A stretch of 35,773 nt of DNA from Trypethelium eluteriae (Eukaryota): the NCBI GenBank assembly GCA_051942245.1, contig JAVECL010000210.1, forward strand, positions 1-35,773. The letters are read 5' to 3'. Below, piece by piece: positions 1-10,721 of the stretch. Position numbers and translations under genes: made by a program. Position 1 is the stretch's first letter, and every line of letters begins with the position of its first letter. The notes under the pieces were generated by a model. The model made no database searches and was not told the origin of the DNA. It was given only the letters and a program-made list of their open reading frames with translations.

Positions 1-1
1 G

Positions 2-310
2 GGTGGGGAGGAGGGTAAGGATGATGGGGTCCCGGAGTGGTTGATGAAAGCGTTGCCATCGGTGAGTAAGAATGAGAGGAAGAGGTTGAAGAGGAGGGGC
101 ATGGAGGCGAGGAGAGAGGGGCTGGGTGATGAGAGGGGACAGAAGGGGAGGGCTAAGATGAGAATCTCGACGAAAAGTGGGTTTGATAGGAGGATGGAGA
201 ATAACCGGAGAGGCGCGGTGGAAGGAAGCAAGCGAAGGCAGGAAGAGGAGGAAGGGCAGGATTTCGATGAAGAATTGATGGAGACTGACTTCAGCGGATT
301 TGATGATTGA
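2..310 (+). CDS. ROK1: 3' end (partial) of DEAD-box RNA helicase ROK1/DDX52
   Basis: Frame open from base 2 to TGA 308-310: ...VPEWLMKALPSVSKNERKRLKRRGMEARR...ISTKSGFDRRMENNRRGAVEGSKRR...FSGFDD. This matches my recollection of the C-terminal tail of filamentous-fungal ROK1. The helicase core lies outside the window. Confidence 0.7.
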   Translation, partial: GGEEGKDDGVPEWLMKALPSVSKNERKRLKRRGMEARREGLGDERGQKGRAKMRISTKSGFDRRMENNRRGAVEGSKRRQEEEEGQDFDEELMETDFSGFDD

Positions 311-930
311 TGCCCGAATCGACCTAGATGTTTCACCGATGAGTAATACAACGCTTTTACATGAGTATTGTTTGTCATTTCATCCTGCCTCGCAAAGCTT
401 ACGCATTGCGGCGCCGCGGCGTGCTGTATGTCCACATCTATTCCGTGCGTGGACAATCATATATGTATTTTTGAAGCGGAACAAACATTGCTCTATCGAG
501 AAGCCCCAAGTTTGACCTCGCATCAGCAGCCCCGTCCGTAACGTGGTGCGCTGAAGGACGGAAGGGAACCGGTGAGGCTGTCCGCGGTAAGACGACAACG
601 ACCGGTCAGTAGGAAGGGGTCTTATCTCATTTTGGGTCACATCTTGCAGCCCCAACCCAACCCCAACTTCCTTCAGGGCAAGCCGTCCTCATGTAATGCT
701 TCGTGCTTTGGTACCTTGTGCCGCTTACATTCGTTTGGTTTTCTTCTGCTCAGCCACGCTGCTGTGCCGTGACAGCAATTGCACCTGCCACGATTTGACA
801 TACTTCTGATCCTAATACAACAACAACCGCAGCTGTGCACACCTCAGTATACATCGAGAGGATCCGCAAGCATAACTGAGGGTTGTCACCAAGCCGGTCT
901 TCTATTTGACGTCTGTGTCAGACTTCCAAC

Positions 931-3315
931 ATGCACTGCGATTTCCGGTTCACATTATTCTCACTTGTTTCTGCTTTTCTGATCCTGCCTTTCGCGAACG
1001 CCTTCTACATTCCAGGTACGGCTGTCAATTCTTAAGACCTTGATATCGAGCTCACATTGCTATAGGTTGGTCAATTAGGAGTTACCGTGACGGGCAAGCG
1101 ATACCTCTATTTGTCAATAAAGTGTACTCGGATAATTCGCAACTGCAATTTGCCTACTCGGAGCTACCCTTTGTCTGTCCTCCCAGCGGTCGAAAACATG
1201 GCGCATCGAACCTCATTAGCGGCTCAAGCCTGGCTCTCAACCTCGGGCAGGTCTTGCGTGGTGATCGGATCACCCTGTCGGATTACGAGTTAAACATGGG
1301 AAATGATGATGAAGCACACTATCTTTGCAGCCGCAAGATCGACTGGGCTGGGCTGAAAAGAGCACAAGAACTAGTGGCAGATGGGTTCGTAGCGGAATGG
1401 ATCGTGGACAACCTTCCTGGGGCTACTAGTTTTGTGACCGTGGACAGATCACGCAAGTACTATGCCGCAGGCTTTAAGCTAGGGTACGAGGATTTATCTC
1501 CAACGACTGGGCTCCCAATATATTACATCAACAACCACTTCACTATTGTCATTCGATATCATCGCGCTCCTGGCCGAGCTGGAAACAATGGCAAGAAAAC
1601 AATCGTAGGATTTGAGGTCTACGCAAAGAGCCTCGAAGCGGAAGGTCGGAATGAGACTGGACTGCCAGGAGATATTCAAGCCGTCGAAAATGGACTTCAG
1701 CTCCAAATTGGTGGCAATACTACTTCCACAGACAAGCGTGATAATTCGCTGTATCCCAATAACGATGAAGTTGATGACTTTGATGAGAATGCCACGCTCA
1801 CGATTCCGTATACGTACTCGGTTTACTTCCGAGAAGAAGAGAAAGTCGAATGGCAAAACCGATGGGATCTCTACTTTGTGGATCAAGAAGATAGTTCGAA
1901 AATCCATTGGCTGGCCATCGTTAATTCTCTAATTATCTCGGGCCTTCTCACTTCCTTAGTCGCCGTCATTATCGCTCGCACTATTTATGGTGACATCAAG
2001 AACGTCAAGGAGAAGAGCCTCGAAGAAGGCAAAATCAAGCTGAAGCGCAGGACACCCAAATCTCCGAAAAGGAAGAGCACCGACAAAGGTGGGCTCTTAG
2101 ACCAACCAGACGCGATTAAGGATGCAGGTGACTCTTCAGACGAAGAAGCTGCTGAAGATCTGACGGGTTGGAAACTCTTACATGGTGATGTCTTTCGGAC
2201 TCCACCCTTCCCAGGGATTCTTGCCCCTCTCATTGGCTCTGGTATGCAGTTGGTCTTCATGGCTACTGGCCTTCTCCTTTTAAGCTGCTTCGGTGTTCTA
2301 AACCCTAGTTTCCGTGGTGGTTATATTAGTGTAGGAGTCGCGTTGTTTATTTTCGCCGGTCTCTTTTCTGGATACTTTTCTGGTCGTGCTTACAAGACTT
2401 TTGGTGGTCAGCTCTGGAAGAAGAACGTCATCGTTGTAAGCCTATTAACCCTCCTTTGGCATAACATGCAGTGCTAATTCAGTCCAGACCGCAACACTGT
2501 TTCCAGGTCTTCTCTTCGCAACAGTCTTCATCCTTAATTTCTTTGTTTGGGCTCAAGCATCTAGCACCGCCATTCCGTTTGGTACGCTCATCGCCCTTCT
2601 GTCACTTTGGCTCCTCGTCCAATTACCACTTGTCTATGCCGGGAGCTGGTTCGGCTTCATCCGTGCGGGGGGCTGGGACCATCCTATTAAGACGAACCCC
2701 ATCCCTCGTCAAGTTCCTCCACAGCAGTGGTACTTCAGAAGCTGGCGCCTCGTGCTGCTGGCAGGCCTTATTCCCTTCTCCGTAATCTTCATCGAGCTCA
2801 TGTTTGTGTTTAAGAGCCTTTGGCAAGACAAAAGCGGGTATTATTACGTCTTTGGATTCTTTGCGGTTGTGAGTGTTATACTAATTCTGACGGTGGTTGA
2901 AGTCACTATTGTAGTGACTTACAACCAGCTATGTGCTGAGGTGAGTTTATTCCCTTTACGAAGGTGCTGGAGCCCAGTAAGTTGGCTCTTACTAACAGGC
3001 CTTACTCCAGAATTACCACTGGTGGTGGCAATCTTTTCTCGTTGGCGGTAGTAGCTCAATTTGGGTCTTTGCGTACTGTCTCTACTACTACTACGCAAAA
3101 CTGCATATTCAAGGTGTCATTTCAGGGTTACTGTTCTTCAGCTACAGCTTCTTAGCATGTACGGTGTATGGATTATTGACAGGTACGGTGGGCTTTCTGT
3201 CAGCTTATGCCTTTGTGCGGCGAATTTACAGGTAAATGAGATTTCCGTCCTTGACCTTCAAGATATTAGAATTCTTTGCTAACAAAAATCATTTAGCGCT
3301 ATTAAAGTCGATTAG
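931..3315 (+). CDS. Nonaspanin / TM9SF (EMP70/TMN family) membrane protein, 5 exons, ~715 aa
   Basis: Exons 931-1015, 1066-2435, 2488-2940, 3011-3231, 3297-3315 (2148 nt, all GT-AG). Signal peptide then AFYIPGWS; family motifs WIVDNLP, IHWLAIVNS, GWKLLHGDVFRTP, NYHWWWQSF and C-terminal AIKVD*. Confidence 0.95.
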
Positions 3316-3698
3316 AGATGATAAGATGATTAAATTCCATGATAATTCGAGCGTCCAAGCCTTCCTTCTGTGATAGTTCACTTTGTTCCTGCAATCAATA
3401 CAAGATTATCAAAGCGCCAGAAGAATTGGCCGAGCTTGTCCTTGTCGTTATTCTCGTTCCTCTCAGGCACCTGAGGTTTCTAGCATCCAGGCCCTCTTCT
3501 GTGGTTAGTTGCTTGCTTTGGATGACCCATCAGCGGTCATCACCCGTCAGAAGCTTTGGCCGAGCTTGGCGGCAACCCTCTCATGTAATTGTGTCTGAGC
3601 TAAGACGCTCAAGTCCGTCCGACCAGACGAGCGAGTCCCATTTCCTCTTAAATAGCTGGCTATTGTTGCTAACTTTTCCCATCTCTCGGGGATCCAGC

Positions 3699-6388
3699 TC
3701 AGCTTGTTTTCCTCCTCTTGTTCCCCTCCTCTTCGACCCTTCCTGAACTTGGATCCAGTGCTTGGCCGATTCTCCACCTTGGCGGGCGAGGCTTTACCTG
3801 GAGGAACTCTCTTCTCCTCTCCCGTGGATGGTTTCCCCACTGATGGGGAAAGAAGTTCAGTCTGTTCATCTCACTCCGAATCCGTTGTATCAAGTCGGCC
3901 ACGGTGGGTCGACTGGACGGATCCGGCGACAGACATTCTAGGATGAGGGCTCTTAGCTCCTCACTATATGGCCATCCATCAGTCGAGTATTCCTCCTTTA
4001 CCCATGCCGCCAAAGCCTCTGGGCTGCGCATTGCAGCCGCAACGTCTTCCCAGATTTGCTTTGGTGGTTCAGGTAAATCTCGCGCCGCGCAGTAGAGAAT
4101 CCATGCTGTATTCCACACATTGGTATGTGACAGCAGGCGCGGCTTGGGCTCGTTTGGCTGGTCCCTTCGGCCACTCTGGAACTCCTTTGTCTGTTCCGGG
4201 GCTGAGAAGCCCTCGGTTCCGACACCTATATACTGGTGCGGATTTTTGACGTCTTGCTCATCCGTCCAGAGTGCCATCCCGAAGTCACCCAGCAGAGGGG
4301 CTGGATATGGCCACCCATCCCGAGGCTCGCCGCAGAAGACATTCTCCGGTTTCATATCCCGGTGGACGATTTGCAGGTCGATGTCGGCCGGCCGACGATC
4401 GTCCCTGGTGTTTTCCATCGTCCGACATGCCTCTGCGAGAGAGAGAAACAAATACCAGAGAAATGGCTCTGGCAATGTATAGTCCTTCGGGCCGGGTAGC
4501 AACCCTCCAGCTCCTGCAGCCCGCAACTCCTCTCCGGTGCTCATGAGTTCTTCGACGGTTCCATGCGGGCAATAATCGAAGGTGTTCAGCCAGGAGGTGT
4601 TATCTTGACCAAACCTCCACCCCCGATGCCCAACGATGCCCATGGAACCGCCTTCACTCAGAGCTGAGTTCACAGCTGCCTCTGCTGGTAGACCTCCTAC
4701 TGCGTCATACCAGTGGGATTTTGCCTGGAGTTCACGCTCCGGATCCCGGCCGTACTCCTTCGCCATGACCCTTGGATCCGTCTTCTTGACCGCCATCAGC
4801 TGAAATGGTGATTAGTACTAGTTTTACCAACGATGTTTCGTACAAGATGACTTACGTCAACGATACCATTCTTGTCGTCGACCTTGGCCCATACACCCAC
4901 GACGGCCTGGCCCCCCTGACCTACAAGTCCTACCCCACGCCAGCTGGGGTCGCCTTCCACAACCTCGGAGTTCAGGAAGTCAGAACAGAAGTCTTCAAAC
5001 TTCCGTTTCTTCTCTGTTGTCGTTATTCATGATAAGCAAAGGCGCGATTTCTCTCGGATGACATTTTTGATATTGGGCTTACTCTTCTCCGAGGCTCTCA
5101 CAGGATACTCCTTGCACCCTTCACCATCTTCCTTGTAGGGACATGGTATCTTGACCATGCCCTGGTCCTCCTCCTCATCCTTGCAATAGCCGCAAATGCG
5201 GCGGCAGGTTTGCACGTCAACCCCCCACCTGCGACTTTCCCGGCAAGATTGGCATGTCGTGGAGGTTCCTTCATCCCAAACACATTCCTTGCCGCTGCGC
5301 CAGCACAGCAGGCAGGACTGTCAAAGACTGTTAGCGATTCAAAACTCTTTCGGATAGGGCCTCAAGGGGCTGGAGGCTTACCGAGTTGGGGACCTCGTCA
5401 TCCTCTCCCGGAACCTCTCGTGGCGTAGGGTCTTGAGCGGGAGCGGCTGGTCTGGGAGCCTCGTCTCCGACTTCTATCGAATATGAGTTAGCTTACGACG
5501 GTAAACACAGCAGTACTACTATGAGCCAGTGTACTTACCAGCTCCCCTTGTCCCAAGCCGCGCTGGAGCGGCCGGTCGCCCTTGCTCCAAAGGCCATCTC
5601 GAGCAGTGGCTGCAGTCCTCGCATCCATCTGTCATGATGACATGGTCATCGCAGAGTCGGATGCAGTGATCCCCAGAATGGGGATCTTCCAGCCTCTGCT
5701 CCTCGACCGGCCCTCCTGCCCTCCCCTTGCCCTTCCTGCTCCCATCCTTGGCCACGGCGTTGTTCGCTGCCAAGCGGCATTGGATGCACATCTCGTCATC
5801 CCTGACGAATGCGCAGTCCAATCCGTGCTCGTGACACCGCAAGCACATCTTTGGCTTGCGGATGTCGCATTGGGCACAGTCCGCTGGCTGCTGCCCCGCT
5901 GTGGGCTGGCGACAGCTGTCGCACTTGACCCTACAGACATCGGGGGCGCCGGTCTGCCTGAATTCGATCCGGCAGTGCCTGCACATGCCCCCGAATTGTG
6001 CGAATTCGCAATACAGGCCAAGGATGCGACAGCGGGTGCAGGCCATCTTTGAAACGTTAGCATACATCGCTCTCGGAGAGAAGACTGCTGCGCCTGTCAC
6101 TTACATCATCTGGCTCTCTCCAGGCTTGCCCTGGATAGTAGAACGTGCCATTGAAATAGGCTTCCCGTTCTTCTGCATCCATGGCGCGCCATCGTTCGCC
6201 ATATGCCCTCATATAATCATCCCCCTTTGGCCCTGGAAGATAAAGATATCAGCATCCGAGCAATGGAATATCCGTTATCATGCTAGCTTCTTACCGCTTT
6301 TGACCACTCCAGCGTAGTGGTGCTTGTGCTGGGCCTCTCGTGTGCGGAAGCCATTCCAGTCTCGCCTGGCTGGACGCCGTGGTGCCAT
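3699..6388 (-). CDS. Kinase A: HMG-box-like + 3 Zn-cluster-like Cys modules + Ser/Thr protein kinase (NIMA/Nek-like C-lobe), 7 exons, ~771 aa
   Basis: Exons 6388-6295, 6232-6105, 6046-5539, 5473-5382, 5317-5083, 5013-4856, 4799-3699 (2316 nt). All six introns begin GTAAG, end AG, are 56-69 nt, and phases are consistent. Kinase motifs GQGGQAVV, MAVKK, HRDMKPEN, DFG, GTEGFSAPEQ. Confidence 0.85.
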
Positions 6389-6617
6389 CGCTGTAGTCCA
6401 CCAAGTATTTGATGGGCTTTACTGGATGATGTTTACTGCGATCACTCAGTTCCTGCTGAGAGACCCCTTCGAAGAAGACGTGAGTGTGACTTTGATGGGA
6501 AGTTAGATATTGAGGACTAGAGAAAGCTTTGAGGGCTTGATTCTGGAAGGAAGTAAAGGATTCGAGAGAGGAGGAAAGACTGAGGAAAAAGGACATGGGA
6601 AATTGAACAAGCATGAC

Positions 6618-6624
6618 TTTTATA
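6618..6624 (-). promoter_or_regulatory. Putative TATA box (TATAAAA) of kinase A
   Basis: TATAAAA on the minus strand ~230 nt upstream of ATG 6388, followed by a CT-rich tract (6560-6600) typical of fungal transcription start regions. Confidence 0.5.
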
Positions 6625-7601
6625 CTTATGAACCAGGAGACATATGTCTATTGACGATGTAGTGATTATTTTCTAATAGCCCCTTACTCATTGTGATATT
6701 GTGTGATGCAACATGCAGCACAATAGAAACAATATGGTTTTGAAACATGAAACGTACTGTTTGATAAATCCACTATAGCAGAATGCCACTGAAGGGGTAA
6801 TGACAATAGTCTTTAACAGTCGTATTGTGCCTGAAAAGGTGTCAAAAGATCTTGTGCGTTATCCCTGGTCAATAAACTTGGAAAGTAATTACACTGTGTG
6901 ATCGAATTTGCTATTCCGTTCGGAATAGTGTTCGCTAGCGAGGAAACTTGCGCGACGCAATAGTGGGTAGTGGAGCTGACTTGAGCAGGTAAAATGGATC
7001 AATTAGGACTATTGCAGCGCAATACGTCTCAATGCTAACTAAGTGGCTTACGTCCAAGCGACGGAGAGTGGTAGAGGACAGCAGCAAGTTGCTGAGATAT
7101 TTCTATGTATACATATATACCTATGGATGGTGCACAAGGCAATGGTGTGATGGTTTGTTGTGAGGTTTGAGCGTATATCCAGACCTTGACCCTCACAAAC
7201 CCCTATCACGAGAAGGCAGGGCGGCTTGATGATCGGAGATTTCGATGGCAAAACCCCCAAGAAGACACGCGAATAGGCAAGAAGATCCTTGTGTGAAGAG
7301 GTACGGCTCATGCCTGGATTGGCAAGGGGGGTTTGAAAACGTCCATGGAACTCACACCTCTCACCAAAACATTGAGTGACGTACAGGTCGATTTTGATCG
7401 CTGGATCCCAACCAAAACTGTGATCGACAAGTATAATTTCAGACTTGTGACATGAACACCAACACTCGATAGCTGTGATATCAGTAGATCTGTATATCGC
7501 CATTGACGCATGGAGTGTAACTTCAGGGCAGACGAAAGATCTTATCGAATTAAATCCTTCGAATAGAAGCGTGATGTGAGTCGCTTGACGATAAGCGGCA
7601 T

Positions 7602-9845
7602 TTATCCTCGCCTGGTCCTTACGCCAGTCTCATCCCATCCGGTGGCAGAGTAGCCTACACGCCACTTGAACTGGCCACAGTCGAGATTGTGCGCCCCTGG
7701 AGTGGCTGATTGTTCCCGTCTCCACTGTCCTTCTCTCTGCTGGATCTCATTCTGTATATTCACAACAAGATCGGAAGGCGTCGGCCTGTCGTTTGGCCTG
7801 TACCGAAGACACGTGGTGATCAAGTCTTCCAATGCCTGCGAGTAGACCCAGGGATTAAATGGGTACCAGGACTGGAAAACGGGAAGTTGTGAGAAAGCTT
7901 CGGTCGCTGTAGTCCGCATCTGCAGGCGATCATCTTCTGTTGGTTCCTCGTAACGAAACTTCAGTACGCTCATGCCCCACCTGCTCATGTCAGCGCAGCA
8001 AATGATATAGTGCTTAGAGGACTTGAAAGAGACTTACATAAGAACGCCGACAGAAAAGATATTCGACCACGACAACACCTGGTCATTAAATTGGTTGGCA
8101 TACCCAAGTTGTTCCTTTCATGGTCATTTCTAGTGAAACGGTATAAACAATATTGACGGACTCACTGGATTTTTGTATCCCTCTGTGCCTATAAAGTCGA
8201 AAAATCCAGGATTTCTTGGGTCGTTCCTATCGGTATATTCGGCCAAGCCAAAATCTCCCAGCTAGACGCCAGAACAGACCATTAGATGATTCCAACTGAC
8301 TTCGTTTGAAGTGTTCACAGGAAAGGAGATTTACCTTGGGAGTTGGGTACTCGTACTCGAGAAATCCCGCGCCCCTGGGTGCTCCAAGAAATACTATGGC
8401 TGGTGAGAAATTTGCCTTGAGCTATTTAGGATCATCGGACCTCCTTACTCACCATTCGACGGTTTAAGATCCAAATGGACAATATCCGTGTCATTTGTCC
8501 ATCTTGGATTTTGCGGCTCTTGCCAGCGTGCACCGACATGCTCCATCGCGACACAGGCTCTTGCGAGAGATAGGAAAAGATACCATAGAAATGACTCTGG
8601 GATGAAGTTCAGGCTTTGATCATAAGAATACATGACCTCGGCAAGGTCGCCGTGTGGACAAAACTCCAAATACAACCGGAAGGCGCCTCGCTCAATGTAG
8701 CGACGCCAGCCCAACAAGGAGGTAATATTGCGACAGTGCTCCTGGTGGACCACTTCGTGGAGTTTTGTTTCGAGCGGAACCCGCGTGGCTTTATCGTACC
8801 AAATGTGTGGCTGGTTCCACTCGTTTTCTGGGCTCTCGCCTGACCAAGCAGAGCTCTCTTTAAGAGGAACATCCTTCACTGCAATCATCTACTCAGCTGA
8901 TTAGTAGATGAGCAGATTCAGATGCACAACAGGGCATCGCACCTCTTGTATGACGTTGTGTGCATCTATGCGTGCCCAAACACCAACGGAACCCATGCCG
9001 CCACGACCAAGTATTTGTTTGCCAACCCAGTTTTCAGTACCGCTGATGGCCGCCCCAAGCTGCGATCTGATGAAGTCTCGTGCAAATTTCTCTTGACGGC
9101 GTTCGCGCTTTTTGCGTATCGTTTCGGGAGTGCCGACATCTAGAACAGAGTGAGACTAGCACAAAACTTCTATCGTACTTTGGATACTCACCTGGTGTTC
9201 GGTAAACACGGCGAAAGACACATTGACTGCAACCTTGAGTTCCAGGGCCGTTGTTAAGTTTAGAAAGATCGCAGGCATCACAAAGTTCGAGGCAGCCATT
9301 TATGATCTCTCCGTTTGCATAAAACTGTTGGCATTGTTGACATGGCTTGTCCCCATCGAAGGTACACGGTACACGACGGTCTCGACATTCCACACAATAC
9401 CGTCTCGAAAAGAATTGACAGTGGATACAATCTCTGGGCAGCGTTGGCGCCGCTGTGTGGTCTCCGCAGCGACGCTCGCACATTTGAGGCATTGGCAGCC
9501 TCGCGTTCAATTCACGGCACCGTTCGCACATATTGTTCTCAGCGTCGAAATTGCATCGGGAATTATTCGCACGGCAACCAACGCACTCCGGTTCACGCCA
9601 TGCTTGGGCAGGATAATACCAGGTCCCATTGAAGTAGTCTACCCGTTCGGAAGCAACCATCTTTTTCCATCGTCCAAGAATGGCTTCTCTGATGGCGTCT
9701 TGAGATCCTAGTATCAGATGCTGTCAGCTAGTCGGTCTATCGAAAGCATGAAAATACATAGCCTACGATCTGTCACATCTGGATAACGGGACGCAAAAGC
9801 TTTCCGCTCTCTCGCGAGAAAGCCCTTGAATCGATCTCGCGGCAT
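7602..9845 (-). CDS. Kinase B: HMG-box-like + 2 Zn-cluster-like Cys modules + Ser/Thr protein kinase; paralogue of kinase A, 8 exons, ~612 aa
   Basis: Exons 9845-9767, 9707-9192, 9139-8943, 8888-8453, 8393-8335, 8261-8166, 8114-8038, 7980-7602 (1839 nt). GT-AG introns of 51-73 nt, phases consistent. Motifs GRGGMGSV, IAVKD, HLDLKPSN, DFG, GTEGYKNPEQ. IPESFLWYLFLSLARAC matches LPEPFLWYLFLSLAEAC in kinase A. Confidence 0.85.
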
Positions 9846-10721
9846 CCTGCAGGAAGTCGTCAAAACGAGCAACTCGCGGCTTCTTCCGCGGTAGAGGGTT
9901 TTTTTAGGAAAAAGGGTGAGACGAAAAGAACCAACGTAGATGAGACACAGCGGATAGAGAAAGACTTGGACTAATGATGAAGAAATCTGAAAAATGACGC
10001 TGCTGGAATAGTGACAACGGCGTACTTTACTTCAGAACATTACAGTCTTTGTCTCTATTTGCGTTTCGATGCGCCTTTGTCTGCACCTATCATGTATTTA
10101 CCCGCACGCAGTAAGCGTTTTTCTCACCAGTCTTTGTATCCAAGCAATGTTTTCCATGAGATTCACAGCGAGTTTCTACTTCGCAAGCAGACGCTCAAAG
10201 GTGCAAACACCATATGTTTTTTGTCTCTCTGACTAGACTCAAGGCTTCTGGTCTTCTGGTATGGCCTATAGCATCCAGGCCTACTACGTGAAGGACAGAC
10301 TGTGAGTAATGGGCGACAGAGCAGATGCGAGGAATGCAGATAGTTGCCTCGTTTTGAGTGAGTTGGCAAGACCTGGCTTAAAACGCGCAGCAAATGCAAA
10401 AGACTTATATGGCGAATTATCTCTGAAGTATTGCCAACTATTACAAATGGAGTCTCACGGCAAAAGGAAGTGAGTGATTTGTTCTCAAAAAAACACCATG
10501 TGTTTCAAGAGCAGAAGGTGAAAATCGGTAGTGATTGCGAAACTCTTTCGGTGGCCGGAAGAGGTGATCTGCCTATAAGATGGACATAGGACCAAGGCAG
10601 ATCAGCTGGTCGAAGTAATTTTATGCCGGACGTGATTTGGTATCTTGTTAGATGGATCCAATGGAGCATAAATGAAGCTTGACATGGGTCCTATTGAGGC
10701 ATGCCTGTTCATTCTCCCTAC

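Noticed and set aside
6291..6614. 107-aa minus-strand ORF as the start of kinase A
   Set aside because: It is in a different frame from the ATG-6388 exon that splices in phase and aligns with kinase B. Its 5' part is CT-rich leader sequence.
6600..7000. AT-rich stretch as a RIP-mutated transposon relic
   Set aside because: No terminal repeats, no transposase or RT remnants and no second copy seen. It is adequately explained as promoter/intergenic DNA.
3699..9845. Kinase pair as Spok-type meiotic drivers or FunK1 kinases
   Set aside because: No PD-(D/E)xK nuclease segment or coiled-coil N-terminus is visible, and the kinase motifs are conventional ePK/Nek-like rather than the FunK1 HRDIS type.
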